Shown: positions 13,154 through 26,609, counted from the first letter of the stretch. The stretch is 64,000 bases of DNA from Vermamoeba vermiformis (GCA_045837725.1 JBEWZL010000102.1:124001-188000), one strand, 5' to 3'. A program made the numbers and translations. The notes: generated by a model from the letters alone, not told the origin.

Positions 13154-13696
13154 TTAAAAAGGAGCGTTAGGTACATTGTTAAAAAGAGGATAGCCGTTGC
13201 CATCGCATCGGGAGTAATCCAAGGTACGAGCGCCGTAAATGATCGTAGTAGCCAAACTCCAGACCCAGAAAGCACCAGCCACCGAGTTCAAAGCTCCTGC
13301 AACAGGACCGCCAGCACCCTTAGGACCGCATCTGGCAATGATGCAACCGACGACACCAGGGAGGATGGTCAAGAGAAGTTGTGGAATTCCCCAAGATAAG
13401 TTGCCGATCGAAAGAGCAGTAGTGCCGCCGACGCCGATGAGCAAGAACAAACCGAACAAGCCAGCGTTGTACGAGTCCATACCCTTGTAGTTGCAGTTGG
13501 CGTTCCAGAAGAGGTTAGTGCAGTTGCAAAATCCGCCGAGGCATGATCCTTGAGCGCTTCCACCGCAGTCGTTGTCAGAAGAGCATGATCCGCCGCCCTT
13601 GACGGTATTAGGGCACACGCCACCAGCAAAGGTTTGAGCGTTGGCAATAGTTAAGAAGGCCGCAATAACGGCAACAATTACTAACTTGTGGTTCAT
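13154..13696 (-). CDS. Signal peptide + EGF-like + TM2-like membrane protein, intronless
   Basis: CSSDNDCGG..GSCLGGFCNCTNLFWNANC EGF-like; LFLLIGVGGTTALSIGNLSWGIPQLLL TM2-like; DGNGYPL tail. Confidence 0.7.
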   Translation of the reverse strand: MNHKLVIVAVIAAFLTIANAQTFAGGVCPNTVKGGGSCSSDNDCGGSAQGSCLGGFCNCTNLFWNANCNYKGMDSYNAGLFGLFLLIGVGGTTALSIGNLSWGIPQLLLTILPGVVGCIIARCGPKGAGGPVAGALNSVAGAFWVWSLATTIIYGARTLDYSRCDGNGYPLFNNVPNAPF

Positions 13697-14050
13697 TGTA
13701 AGTAGATGTAAAAACAATAAACAGATTTTGTCGGTTGTTGGATAGAACAACTGGTCAAAAAATCCAATTTAAAGGCGTAAGCACGTGGTAGATTTACTTT
13801 TTAGCCGTTGGAATTCCAAACTTGGTTCTTTCCTATCGCCTGGTCTTTGGGTTTCGATTTTCCTAAATTGTATTGCTTTATATCACAGGTAGCACAATAC
13901 TGGAATTCTATAATTTCGTATTGCATCGAGTACGAAAGATGAATCAAATTTAATTTTGCAGCAAGCCAGAGGACCAACCGCCGATGGGATGCAACCCGAT
14001 CGGAATTGGCCTTGAAATATGAATCAACGAGGAGCCAGTACGGTCGATCC

Positions 14051-15204
14051 TTACAATTTACTCTTAACATTATTAACAGCCGATTCTAAAAATTCTTTGA
14101 CCTGCTTAACAAACTCATCTTCCTGCTCGAGATCTGGAAAATGACCGATGCTGTTGTACTCTTTGAAATCGACCTTCTTCTTGTCCAAATACTGTAATAT
14201 GGCCTTTCTATCGGTAGGTTTATGCGATCGGTCTTTGCAACCCCAGAGGATAAGCGCGGGCTGTTCCAAAGCAACGTTTTGTAGGGGATCTAATTTGACG
14301 TTGTAGAATAGCTCTTGTAAGGCCGATGCCAAACAAAAAGTAGCACCATGGTTATTACAATGAATAGCCTGATCGGTGAAGCTCTTCGCGGCGGGTTGAG
14401 ATCCACTAGCCAGATTGAACCACTTCTTTGTCATAAAATTTTTGCCGAACATCATGAGCATTTGACCAATGAACTTCGTGGATAGTAATCCTCTAATGTC
14501 CATGCGCCAAGCCCACTTCTTTTCTTCGCTGTACGACGAACACTGCGAGAGAACCAGGCCTCTAATCAGATCGGGTCGCGTTTGTGCCAATTTCAATGCG
14601 ATGAGGCCCGACACGCATGAAAACAACAGCACATATGGTCCTAGGCCTAGTTTGTCCAAGAATGATGTCATTACGTCGAGGCTTTGCTCAAATGCGAAGG
14701 TGAAGCCGTGTTTTGGAAAACTGAAACCAAATCCGGGCAATTCAAAGCAAACTACGCGACTGCCCGTTGCCTAAATATAATATTAATACTATGAATAATT
14801 AATGACGATAATTACGTACATCGGCAAGCTTTTGCAAGAAGGACTTGTCGTAATGTTCGATATTGACAGGCGGATCTGTTGCGATGACAAGAGCAGGGAG
14901 AGTTACCGCTTGTTTTTGACTTGGAGATACTACATGGTAATGTATCTATTTATATTAGACATTTTTTGACGATATACAAATTATTTTAGAGGTACCTTAG
15001 TCAGATCTAGGTCCATTATTTGATACCTAAAATTTCAAGGGCAAAATTAGAGAAAATGAACAATTAAAATATTAAATATACGTACCTAGGCTTCGCATTC
15101 TTATTTTTAAGGCTCCAAACATCAAGGCTGTAGCCCGGCCGATTTAACAAATACAAAGCTGAAGATCCCAAAGCACCAGCAAGCATATAATACCGAATAT
15201 CCAT
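14051..15204 (-). CDS. Alpha/beta-hydrolase fold protein with Cys at the nucleophile elbow
   Basis: VIATDPPVNIEHYD; FELPGFGFS; VLLFSCVSGLIAL elbow; LILWGCKDRSH (acid); IGHFPDLE (His). Confidence 0.85.
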
Positions 15205-15449
15205 GTCTCATATGCTACTAATGTTATGGTGGCAATATAAAGGTAAGTCTAAGACGATTTTCTTTCGAAAACCTGAGGTTCCGCTCCGAACTAAGTAAAT
15301 TTCATTTAAGTGCTCTATTGCTGTAAGCCTTGAAGAATAGACTCGATTATCGTGTCATTGTAATATAGGTGGTCAATGTGATGCTTTTCGCAAGTGCACA
15401 TTGAATTTGACTTTCCGATCGAACCATTTTTATTTTGTACTGCGCTAAA

Positions 15450-15968
15450 ATGACCACAACACGAGGATACGGTGTACTATATTTATCAATCGCTATATTA
15501 ATTAGTATAGCCTCGGCGCAACCGATTCCATGCTTTACTTCAGTGGACTGCCCACCTTTTGCTACGGTGTGCATGCAAGATTTGACTTGCGGGCCTTGTC
15601 AATCAGCAATGGACTGCGTTACTATGTGGTCAGAGTTGCCAGTATGCAACGCAGGAGCATGCCAACCATGCCTATCGGACGCAGACTGCAATTTTATGGC
15701 GCCCAGATCGGCAAGCTGCAACGCAACCGCTGGTAGATGCGACGTAATTAATATTAAGCCTTCAAATACTGTTTTGCCTGGCGCTATTGCTGTTGGAGTC
15801 GTTTACACATTTTTGGCTGTAGCTGTAGTGGTACTATTATTGTTAACTATTTTTGTACCGGAAGTCCAAGAGCTCAGATCTTCTTACACTGGTACCAACT
15901 CAACTGCTATGACTAGTCGTGGTTCAGTACCTTCTGGTGCTTCTTCGGATCGGACCTCTAGAAATTAA
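15450..15968 (+). CDS. Small Cys-rich single-pass membrane protein, intronless
   Basis: Signal peptide; three repeats of PC...DC type; TM AIAVGVVYTFLAVAVVVLLLLTIFV; Ser/Thr tail. Confidence 0.75.
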   Translation: MTTTRGYGVLYLSIAILISIASAQPIPCFTSVDCPPFATVCMQDLTCGPCQSAMDCVTMWSELPVCNAGACQPCLSDADCNFMAPRSASCNATAGRCDVINIKPSNTVLPGAIAVGVVYTFLAVAVVVLLLLTIFVPEVQELRSSYTGTNSTAMTSRGSVPSGASSDRTSRN

Positions 15969-16300
15969 TGTAATTATAAATTGTAAAAAACTATTGATCA
16001 CATCCGCGCATGTTTGTTTACCGGTTTACCCAAATTTGGGCGATGGATAATATCGACCAATATTAGTATAAGCGAGGTCTTGGTAGGCAGAGAATCTTTT
16101 CTAGCAGAATCTTTCCAGACCAGCGTGGTAAGTCGGATGGAGAAGCTTCTTTTGCCAGCGAACCTCGTAGTGTCAAATTAAGACTTTATTTTACTCTATT
16201 AAGTTACATTGAGAATCCATTGAAGCGGATTCCCTTACTTGTTTATCGGGCAGATCTGAAGTACAAAATTGATCTGCAGCCAACGAAGCTGTTAATTACC

Positions 16301-18183
16301 TTACTCGGTAGTAGAAACTGAGCCGCGAGTGCTGCTGCGCGTGGTGTTTCGAGTACCGGCTGAGCGGAAAGTGACTTGGAAGGTCATCACTTGAATGAAG
16401 TTCGAGACGATCCACAAAGCCGACAAGAAGTAGTAATAAGCAAAGCCAAACTCGATCGTGATCGCGACCTCAGCAGTGCGGGAGAACACGAACAAGAAAA
16501 TGATCAAAAAGTAACAGGTCGCAGTGCCAGCCACACGATTGGAGAGCTGTCTGATCGTTTTGCTGATGTCTTTGGCGCTCTTGTTTTGACTCTTCGCACG
16601 CTGCTTGACACGATTAATCACAAACGAGCCAATGGCGATGTTGAATATGGCAATGATCGCCAACACTGCTACGTAAATGTAGGTGGTAGCAAAGAAGAAG
16701 TCGAGCGTTTCCAGGGCTCCAAAACCCAAGTTGGCTGGGAATGCAAATACCCACGCCATGATTGTTTGCATGACCAACAATATAACGCATATGATAATAA
16801 AGGGAATTCTGAAGCGATAAAAGAACGTTGTAACCACGATCTGATTTGAGGTCAAAACTTCGAACCTGTTACAAGATTAGAACTCAAAGTGCCCTATAGT
16901 AACACTACTCTACCAATATAAGATGACCATGAATGACGCGATAAATTCAAAAGGCCAAAAACCGTAGAAAAGGAAGCGCCAGACGTGGAATTGAAGGAAT
17001 CCGTTAAGTTGTCGAATGTCGATTAAAAAGAACTCACGCACTAATCATATAACATTAATTATTTAGCCTTACGTGTACGTTAATAATAGCGTCACTTACA
17101 TATACTAGAAACGGCCAAGAAACCGAGACAGATCGAGACCAAGTTAAAACCAAGCAATTCAGCCTTGTAGAACTGAATCATCTTGTAAATATTGAACGCT
17201 AATCCTGCCGCATTAATGACGCAGAAGAATATTGTCAAGAAGATGTTCCAGCCTGCCGATTGATACTCGATCCAAAAGTCGTGGTCTAAAGAAAAAACCA
17301 TTTAGTGCTTAGTTATATTGCTGTTAAACGATGGTATAAATACGCATTCAATTATGGTATATTAAAAAGTTCATAAATCCAACAGCAATGTATGCCAGTA
17401 CAAATTTGAGATCTGATCGGTCCGCAAAAGTTTACATTTGTTGCTTACCCCCAGAAATAGTAGCACTAATAAGGTATGTTCCATCGGGTTGCGTTACTTC
17501 AAACGTTGAGTTGAAAAAGTACCCTGCATCCCAAGAAAACTCAACCGAATCAATAGAACAAATAGGGAAATTCGGATCTCGTGGATTTTCTGTGAAGAGC
17601 CACAACAGTCCCAAGTTATATCCCGTAATCACTATAAGCCCTACAAGCAAGAATTGCCGTTAGTTAGACTGCGGGATCCCGCTACAAAATTTGAAAGCTC
17701 GATAAATTTATACTGCCGATATCGGAGCTTAAATATGTAGCAACTCTACTTTAATAGATTGTCGCTTTTTTCGTTTTTGAGTCTCAAAAAAACGTCCACA
17801 TCCGTTTTTTCATTGAGGGCAAATTTAAGTAAAACAATTATCGAAATTAAAATATAATTAATTGATTAATTACCAACTGCGCCCTTTTGAGACTCTTCTG
17901 CGGCTAATTCAGCCAAATGTTTCGTCGGGATTGGCGAGGCAACAAAATCTTCAATGTACGTGTAATCAATGAATACTACTCGTCCATAATGTGATGGTGC
18001 TCTATATCCAGTGATTGTGTACGTTGTTGAATCATTTGGAAAGCTCTTGAAGCCTTTCACATCCATGCATCGGACATCCGTAATGTTGTGCGAGATTGGG
18101 TGAACGAACGTGATTCCGCCATCCACATACGGCAATACACCGAGCATAAATGTTACGCAAGCGAATAAAATAACGACCTTCAT
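16301..18183 (-). CDS. Putative 7-TM receptor-like protein with N-terminal extracellular (PA-like) domain
   Basis: Signal peptide MKVVILFACVTFMLGVLPYVDG; SQKGAVGLIVI PA-like motif; seven hydrophobic segments after splicing (ISG|DHDFW junction); basic loop between TM5 and TM6; Ser/Thr-rich tail. Confidence 0.65.
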
Positions 18184-19028
18184 GGTGCTGATCGAAATTA
18201 ACTGTGTAAAATGAGCAACCAATTTGAAAACTGCGTAAACTGAAATGAGCTCTTTTTTACAGGATCGTTGTTATAGATATATTCATAGACTTAGAGTAGG
18301 AACCTATTTATTTTTAGATTTTTTTGTGTTTCAATTCTAAAAATGTTGAAAGACAGCCGGCCACGGCTAACAAGACCATGGAACTCGATAATGGGCTACC
18401 TCAATAGTGAGAGAGAAATAGGGAAGTTGGTGAAGAATTTGTAGATCCGTATATAGAAGTCTTCGGCAGTAGTTTTTAAATTCGACCCACAACCCAAAGA
18501 TGTATCACCGGAATTGGAGGTCGAGCCCCCGGAGTAATCTTGTCCGTTTATATTGTAGTTGGGGGGGAGTATGGGGATTACGGCAAAGGCGCTAATCACT
18601 GGAAAGTATTATTGTCTTTTGTTTGAGGTTTTGGTTTGGTTGATATGTGTGATAACATGTTTTAAGCGGAGACGCTGCAATTTTATGTTTTTTGGCACGT
18701 GATGTCCGTAATCCTTCTAATTTTCAATTTGCAGCCATACGATTCGTCAAGACTGAGATCTATATGAAATTGCATGTGCCAGTCAAACTTCCGTCATTAG
18801 TAAAACGTTGGGAAGGAATTGGCTAACAAACGAGCACTTTTTCAGACTGTATTCTTTTGACAAGCTATTCTTTAAGACGAGGAGGGCACCTGTATCTCAT
18901 TTTAATCAGTATACCTAATGTGACATTTCCTGATTGTATTCAAATAAGCCGGAACATTGTTTTAAAGAATCATAGTTTTAAATAGAAGTATTTACAAATA
19001 GTACAATAAGAACTCGGTCAATCCATGT

Positions 19029-22000
19029 TTAAGCTTGATTAACTTCGTATCGGCTCTTGCGCACAGAGTCCAATTCAGCACGAGCCAATTCGAGTTCTTT
19101 TTCGAGGCGAGTGATCTTAGCCACGCATTCTAACTCTTTGATCTGGTACGTAACGCGCTCATCTTCACGACCGCTGCTGCGTCGTTGATGAGATCTGTCT
19201 CTGTTAGCAGCGTCAGGAGCACTCGTAGAGGACTGTTGAGCTTGCTTCACCAATCGAGCAGTAGCTTCAGCCACGAGCTTAGCAGCACGAGTCAAGTCGT
19301 CGTGAGCACCGCGTTGCGAGGTCTTGACACAGCTGGCAATCACGAGCTGTGAAGTCGAGGCACTGACGGCACGAGCAGCAGCGGTCAAATGCTCATCGCC
19401 CTTCTCACCCTTGAAGAGGCCGTCGGCTTGATCAACGAGCATTTGAACAGTGCTGCTGACCATGCGTGCGGCAGAGATGAGACCTTGAGCCCAAGTAGGG
19501 TCTCGCGAGTATCTCTTGTCACCACCGGGCTTGTTCTTGTTCTCTTCGTTCAGTTGTTTTTGAACGGTAGCTGACACTTGCACGAGATTGGCGGCGGCAC
19601 GAGTGAGAGCTTGAACTGCGTCGAAGATTGCTTCGTGTACTTTTCTTGTGGCCTCGTCAGGTGCTGCAATGGCTTCTTGTTCGAGCTTGCGCTGCACCAA
19701 CTCTTCAGCGGCAGTGTTGATGGCCTTCAAGACCTCTTCGAGCTCCTTTTCAATGTCGTTGACAGTGTTCATTGGAAGAATAGCTTGACACTTGTCCTTC
19801 AAAGCATTGATGGCTTGTGTCAAGTCTTCAGCGGCACGTGTCAAAGATTGAATCTTGACGGCGCTGTTGACAGGACTGTCCCAAGTGTCTTGCAACATGA
19901 CGAGCATTGCTTGGCAAGCCTTGAATACATCACGCGCGGACTCCAAGGCACCAATCTTGTCGGCTGCACCGGCGGGGACCTTGTCGATCAAAGCACCGAG
20001 TTGGCAGCATTGTGACGTGATGGACTCGAGACGAGTAGCCACACGACCGGGGCCGCTTGGAGCAACTTCAACGAGTTCTTCTAAAGCCTTGCAGACTGAC
20101 TTGATTGCCGAGTCGAGTTGGTTACCAAGTGCAGGATCAGCACTGGCAGATGATCTTCGTCGAGCCTCGAATTGAACAGGACTGCTGACTTGGATTAACT
20201 TGGACTCGAGACGAGACAATTCCACCGAGATGGCTTGTTGACACTTGACACTTTCTTCGTTCAAAGATAAAGTAGCCACGTGTTGCAAGCTGTTCCAAGC
20301 GAGCTCAGCTGCCTTTTGTGCCCAGTTGCAAGCTGATTGCAGTCTGTTGCGAGACTTGTCGTCAACACGAGGCAAGTGATCACGAGTCAAAGAGCTCAAC
20401 TCGAATGTGTCGGGGATGACAGCCTTCAATTGAGGTTTGAAGTCAGGCTTGTTGTTCATGGCGTTGATCAACTTGCCCAAGTGATCTTTGGCCGTCTTCA
20501 TCACGCGCTTCATTTCCTTATCTTTCAAACCAGCATTGCGGGCAGCATTGATCAATCTGAAATCAGATTAGTCACCATACTCGACGTAAATAATCGATAT
20601 AACTCACCTTGTCAAAGCAGCAGCTAATAGCATGGCAGCATCGTTCAAGCTCATATCAGCAGCACCTTTTCCAAGCGTTGTCATGAACTTGCGAAGTGCC
20701 TTACGGAACTTGGCAGAAGAATCCATAGTTGTTTTGACTTGGTCAGCGTTGGTCGGATCACCAGCCAACATCACTGCCATAGGGTCGAGGTTCCTGCCAG
20801 CATTAACCAGATCCGTTGATTTTTCGACAACACCTTCCTTTTGATCTTGAGGCAATTGTTCAATCAATCGTTCGAGCGATTTGACAGTTTGGTTGAGGTC
20901 TTGGCAGTGTTCAGCGAGCTTCTGGCCGTCGTTCTTGAACTGAAATTTGACGGTCAAATTCTGACAAGTTTTTGACGAGCAAAATTCAACCAGTACATAC
21001 CTTATCAGTATTTGCTGATCTGAGTTCAATATCGATGGTAGAAAGAACAACGTCAGCGGGCTCAATCTTGGCACGCAATCTGGGCTTAATGGCACTAAGT
21101 GCCTCGCTCAAGTTTTGGATGTTGGTCTTGACCGTCTCCAAACGTGACTTCAACTTGGGCTCTTCGTCCAAGGGCTTCATGATCTCGGACATTTCTTTAG
21201 CCTGAGCCAGCCAGTCATCCAAGGACTTCTTGTCCATCTTTGAAGGACCAGTCTTAATCGCGCCCAACATCTGGTTCAACTTCTCTCGGGCTCGTTGAGC
21301 GGCAGTCAACGCTTCAGAACCGCGAGGAGTAGATGAACCTCTCTTCATTCGCGACTCCAAGTTCGTGTAGCTAGTGAGCAATTCATCGCTCATGTTGTTG
21401 AGCAATCTCCAGGCGTGCTCGTTGATTAACGGACCTTCAAGCATGTTGATCATATGCGCTAATGACTTGTTCAAATTGTTGCCTTCTTCCGCGGATTGAG
21501 CTAAATAAGGTAACGCGTTAATATTGCTATCAAATATCGAATATTACCGCGGTACTTGCCTCCATTTGTCTCGACCAATTTGGACAAGCTTTCAGCGACC
21601 TTTTTGACGGCCTCATCGAAGTCACTAGGAAGAGGCAGATCTGCAACGAACATTAACTTTGGGTCGATTGAGATTAGAGACTTACCATCGCCACGCAAGT
21701 TAATAGCAGAGATCATTCGTGTAACGTCCATTGTAATGGCACGAGAGACGTCGCCGAGATTGCGCACTGTAGGATCAGCCATCGCCTTTTGCAAGTCAAG
21801 CATGTGATATTTGAGCGAGTCAATGTTGGTCAACGTTTGCAATTGCCAGTTAAATTCGAATGATTCAAAGCCACGTTCAGTATCACTTCCCAACCTTACC
21901 AATGCTCTCATGGCTTGTTGCATATCATGTATGTCATAAGTAGACCTAACCCAATGCATTAGAATCATAAATTCTACGTTCAAGTGAACAGATGAGACTT

Positions 22001-23700
22001 ACAAAGCGGGATCCACGCCTGCTTGAAGTCTGACTTGCTCGCCACCGAGAGGAGAATCGTAATCAGCGGGCTTTTGAGCGTTGATGGAAGGTGTAGTGGT
22101 CATTGTAGCTACGCTTTGAACTCTTGGTGTAATCACGTCGACTTCTTGTGCCACCAAAGCATCGTCAATTTCGACTTCAGTACGAGGAACATCGCGTTGT
22201 TTGGCCAAAATAATGTCGATGTATCCACTGATCAGCTCGGAGATTTCTTCAGCTTTGTCAGATTCGAAGATCAGGTAGTTGGAAGCATAATCACCGAAAT
22301 CAAATGTGATTTGGTTGCCATTGACTGCCCATCGTCTCAAATGACTGTATTCGAAGCTCTTGAAGTCGATTAACTTCGGCAGCTCTGAAATAGCAATACC
22401 CTTCTTATTTACGCCCAACAAATATTCGGCGTGTTTCTTGTTCGGGATCTGAATTCAATTATTTAGATTTCGGTTCTAGGACTATGGCTATAATCTATAA
22501 ATAGGTACCTTGACTTCGTATAACGAATTGCCGAAGTATTTGTTAGCGCGGCAAAGTTGAACGTATCTGTATTCAGCAGTCAAAGGCGACAAATCAATGA
22601 GCACCTTATGCGCGGTAGTAATTGATTTTTCGAATTTTTCCATCTTCTTTTCCTTCTTTGAAACCATGCTTGTCGGCAAGAATTTGGCAGGACTGAATTT
22701 ACGCATATTAGAAATAATTACTATATTTGGAAGAAGTTTCGCTTACTTGAAGTATCCCTTGACGTGTTGTTGATAGTCGAATGTGCCGTGGATCATTTGG
22801 ACTTGAAGAGCTGCTAATTGAATAGCTTCTTCTTCCGTCACACGCATCTCGCCCGAGATCACAGCTTCCACGCACTAAATATATTCATTAGTACCGCTCT
22901 CTTTAACAAAAATATCTAGTACGATCGCTAAATACTTACTTGGGCATAAAGCAAGTGTAACTGGATCGGATCGTGCGTGTCTACGTGTGCATCTGTAAAG
23001 AAGAATCGCTTTTTCAACAACAAGACTTCATCGGCGTCAAAGATACTTTGGTCTGCCAAAGATGCACCCTTTTTGAGCCATTTGCCATTATCTCGCTATA
23101 AAGTCGAGATTTCAGTTAATTAAAATGCCAAAATTAGTTTGGGATCCGACTTACTTGTAAACCAAACTCATCGGGATTGTTCAAGTGAATCTTTTTGCAA
23201 ATGGTACTCATGAGCATACTGACGGGCTCAGTTTCATCAATAATTATTTTCTTGATCGCCTGATCTGGTAATCGGATGCGGAGCGGACGATGTTTTTTCT
23301 TAAACACCAGCTCTTCCTGCAATCTATCGTTAATATTCGCATAATTGTAGATATTATGTTACTACGTACTCCCGGTGCCATATCATAAAAGGCAAGGGTT
23401 TTCGTGGGCTTAAGCCAGCACCCGTTATGTCGCTTTGTTGCATCTGGAACCTGTTTGAAGTATTATTAGAAAAACTGTATTTTTATATTATGAAGTTCCG
23501 CACTTACTTGAAACAAACCATGGTCTCTGCCTGCATTTTCAACCTCGCTAAAAAATGATCGATCAGATCCGCGTACTGGCAATAATTACAACGGCTACGT
23601 ACCAAAGATGGTCTAATACGTCGCTAACAGGAGTATCCAAAGGATATCGAAGAGTAGTAGTATGGTGGTTTGTGTCGCAGAGGACTTTGAAGGTCAACAT
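19029..23700 (-). CDS. TLN: Talin-family protein (F0-F1-FERM head, short rod, C-terminal I/LWEQ)
   Basis: HRPLRIRLPD; LLKKRFFFTDAHVDTHDPIQLHLLYAQ; AEYRYVQLCR; ITFDFGDY; ISELISGYIDIIL; WAQGLISAARMV; AVSASTSQLVIASCVK; LEKELELARAELDSVRKSRY. Confidence 0.93.
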
Positions 23701-24288
23701 TGGACTTGATTTTTTGCGACTTGCTTGCCTTGTAATTTATTCTAAAATAAACTGAACCGAAACGATAAACTATTTATCGTAACACTACAGAGAATTTCGA
23801 TTATGAGAAACAAAAAAAAGGTACAAATTTATTACCCTGACCAGTTTTTGCGTAAATACCCAACAGAATTCTCGAGCCAGCACGTGCGATGAAATTTGCG
23901 AGAAAATAGGTGCGGATATCTTAACCGCATACTGGCAGTATTGCGGAACGTCTCAGTAAGCAGGGCGCATCATATCTGTATGATTTTAGATACGAACCAG
24001 CGGATGTATGTTAAAATTGAAATTGAATCTGATCTCGTAGAATTTTAAAAGACTCGGTGTATCAATGATAGTACACCGATGCCAAGTATCAATGTCTTGA
24101 CGGTCATACCTATATATTTGGAGAATGTACTGGTGCTTTTGTGAGTGTGACACGCGAAGTGTCAAAACGGAGTTATTGTTTCGAAACAATCAATATTGAA
24201 TTAAAATAGCTACAAAACAGTCAACAGCGACGCTGTTATATTTAAAGAGTCGTAAGGTTACTTGTCATATTGATTTAGAAGCCAAAAA

Positions 24289-24760
24289 ATGAGATCGATC
24301 GGTTACTTTGTTGTGGCAGTTTTGTTACTGTGCTTTATGGTAAGTTAATTACCCACCGAATTTTTGAAATAATTTGCTCGAGTATTAGATATTAAACTGG
24401 CGTATTGAGGGATTTTGCTAACAAATTCTAAAAATATTTTATATTTAATAATTGTTATTTGATATTTAAACAACAATCATCTTACCAATATTTATTTAGA
24501 GCGTTTGCTATGCTGCGCCCTGCGTCTGCGAGTGCTGTACTGACAGTAGCTCATGCAATCCCAACAACCTTGGACAAGTCGAAGTCTCAATGTGCACTGA
24601 CTGTTCAGTTGATGCCTGCATCGCTCAATATCCTGGCAATTGCACTCTATCAGCTGGAATCATCAAGGCAACCTGCAACGATGCGAGTTCGGGATTGCAT
24701 CCGTCCTCTCTTTCATTAGCATTGTTGTCTGCACTTTCCTTAATTGCTATGGTGATGTAA
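24289..24760 (+). CDS. Small secreted Cys-rich, probably GPI-anchored protein (103 aa, 2 exons)
   Basis: Exons 24289-24339 and 24500-24760: MRSIGYFVVAVLLLCFM-SVCYAAPCVCECCTDSSSCNP...CNDASSGLHPSSLSLALLSALSLIAMVM*. Not in the ORF track. Confidence 0.75.
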
Positions 24761-24894
24761 TAACAATGTATTGTATTTATAAAGAACCCAGTTGGTCCAT
24801 AAAACAACTTTTCGGTTTGCCGCGCTTTTTGTTTGAAAAATTTAACGTTGAACGCGCCAAATAAACATTCAAAAGTAACGCGAGTATTAACACA

Positions 24895-26452
24895 ATGGAG
24901 GCTATTCCAAGACGATTGAGCTTCGGCGCAAGTCGAACAACTTTCCCAACTGAAAAATACATTGGGTATGATGAGCAAAATCAAACGAAGCTCAAATCTC
25001 TAACGTTTCATTAGTATTTTGGAACAAATCGATACAGCCTTATCAAAACTCCATTTTTTGCATGCTTCACAAAGCACAAACGCTGTCGAGGCCGCTCAAA
25101 TTGAACGGGACGTCGCTCAAACAAAGGTAAATAAAATAATTATTCTTTAAATAAATATTAATTGATTACAGGACGAGTTCACCAACTTGAGATATCAATT
25201 TATCAACATCAGAACCAAACACAACTTCCTTGATCAGCTCAAAAAGCAGATCTTCCCTTCCGACGAAGAAATTCTTGCGCTGAGTATGAACAGCTTATTC
25301 TAGCCATAAACTTGCATTATCTAACAATAATACCGACAGAGGAGGAAGTAAATCAAGCAAAATTGAAGCACAAGGACATGACCGAAATTAGCGAGCGCTA
25401 TTTGGATAATGAAATTTCTTTGCTTCAAGATTTATTCCAAAGTATGTATTATGATTTGAAAGAATATCAACTAAACTTAACGGATATTATTAGAGTACGA
25501 TGAGATTCAAATTTTGAGAGCTAAACTTCGCCAAGAGCTCGAAGATGTCAAGGCACAGGTACGTATTGCACGACTTAACTCAAAGTTAGTATAACACCAA
25601 ATGTATTAATATATCACCCGCAGATCTCCAAGGACTCGCCCACCGATCGCATTACCTTGCCCGCCAATATCCTGAACAACGACGTGCACGAGGACATGTT
25701 CAAGTGGTACTCTGACATCACTTCTCAACTCTCATTTTTGAGCGGCATTGAAGTCAAAGCTGTGCACGAAGGCGAAATTGTACTTAAACTCGTCAACAGC
25801 GTCTTGCAATGCGAGCACGAGATGATTATTCGCATCGACTCTGTGCACAAAAAGTTGATGGATGTGCAAGTACGCTAACGAAATTTATCTGGCTTGAATG
25901 CCGATAGTTTTATGAGTTCTAACCGTGCTTCTTATTCAGATCCACCCTGCTGTACATATTAAGGATCTCGTTGAGTACGTTCGCGAGACAAACCCGAATG
26001 TCGGCACCCAAATCCGTCGCTTGATTTCCGAAACTCAACACCGCATCCGCAACACCTACAAGAAGAAGAAAGAAATCGAAGAGATTTCTAAGAAGTAAGT
26101 TCGCATGGTATTGAACAGTGGATTCAGATCCAGTAATACTAACCGTTACACGCAGGTATCAGATCAGCTGGACTACCGAGTCAAATATCGTTACAGTAAC
26201 CGTACCTACTGGTGTGCACGCTACTATTGATCTCCCGTTCGAGTATCCTAGCGCCTATCCTAAGATCAGAATTCTCAAGCTCGATGGTGTCAAATCTGAA
26301 GCCGCTCTGCAAAACTTTGTGGTAAGATCTTGACAACAGCGCTGAAGAATTCCGTACCGTACTAACCATATTTATCGCAGACTGTCTTCGATAGCACGCC
26401 ATCTATGATGTTGACACAGCTCATGGAAGAGTTGAATCGTATCAACGCTTAA
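24895..26452 (+). CDS. Coiled-coil + tandem-RWD-like protein, candidate kinetochore Sos7/Zwint-1/Kre28 homolog
   Basis: Spliced KDEFTNLRYQFINIRTKHNFLDQL resembles the Sos7 F..LRF.Y....TK..F motif; coiled coil; WY...LSFLSGIEV and IDLPFEYP RWD-like segments. Confidence 0.55.
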
Positions 26453-26609
26453 TTGTGTATTTAGATCCGGATATTTCTGTAAAATAGGCAAATAAAACAA
26501 TTAAGTTTGTTTTAACATATAATTAAATAGGGAATTTATTGAACAAAATTATTAGGGTGAACTCCGTAGTAAGAGTACGCGTTATTTAACAAGAATGAGA
26601 ACAAAAGAT

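Noticed and set aside
18340-18720. G-rich intergenic stretch with a 67-aa minus ORF
   Set aside because: No recognisable protein motif, splice pattern or RNA structure
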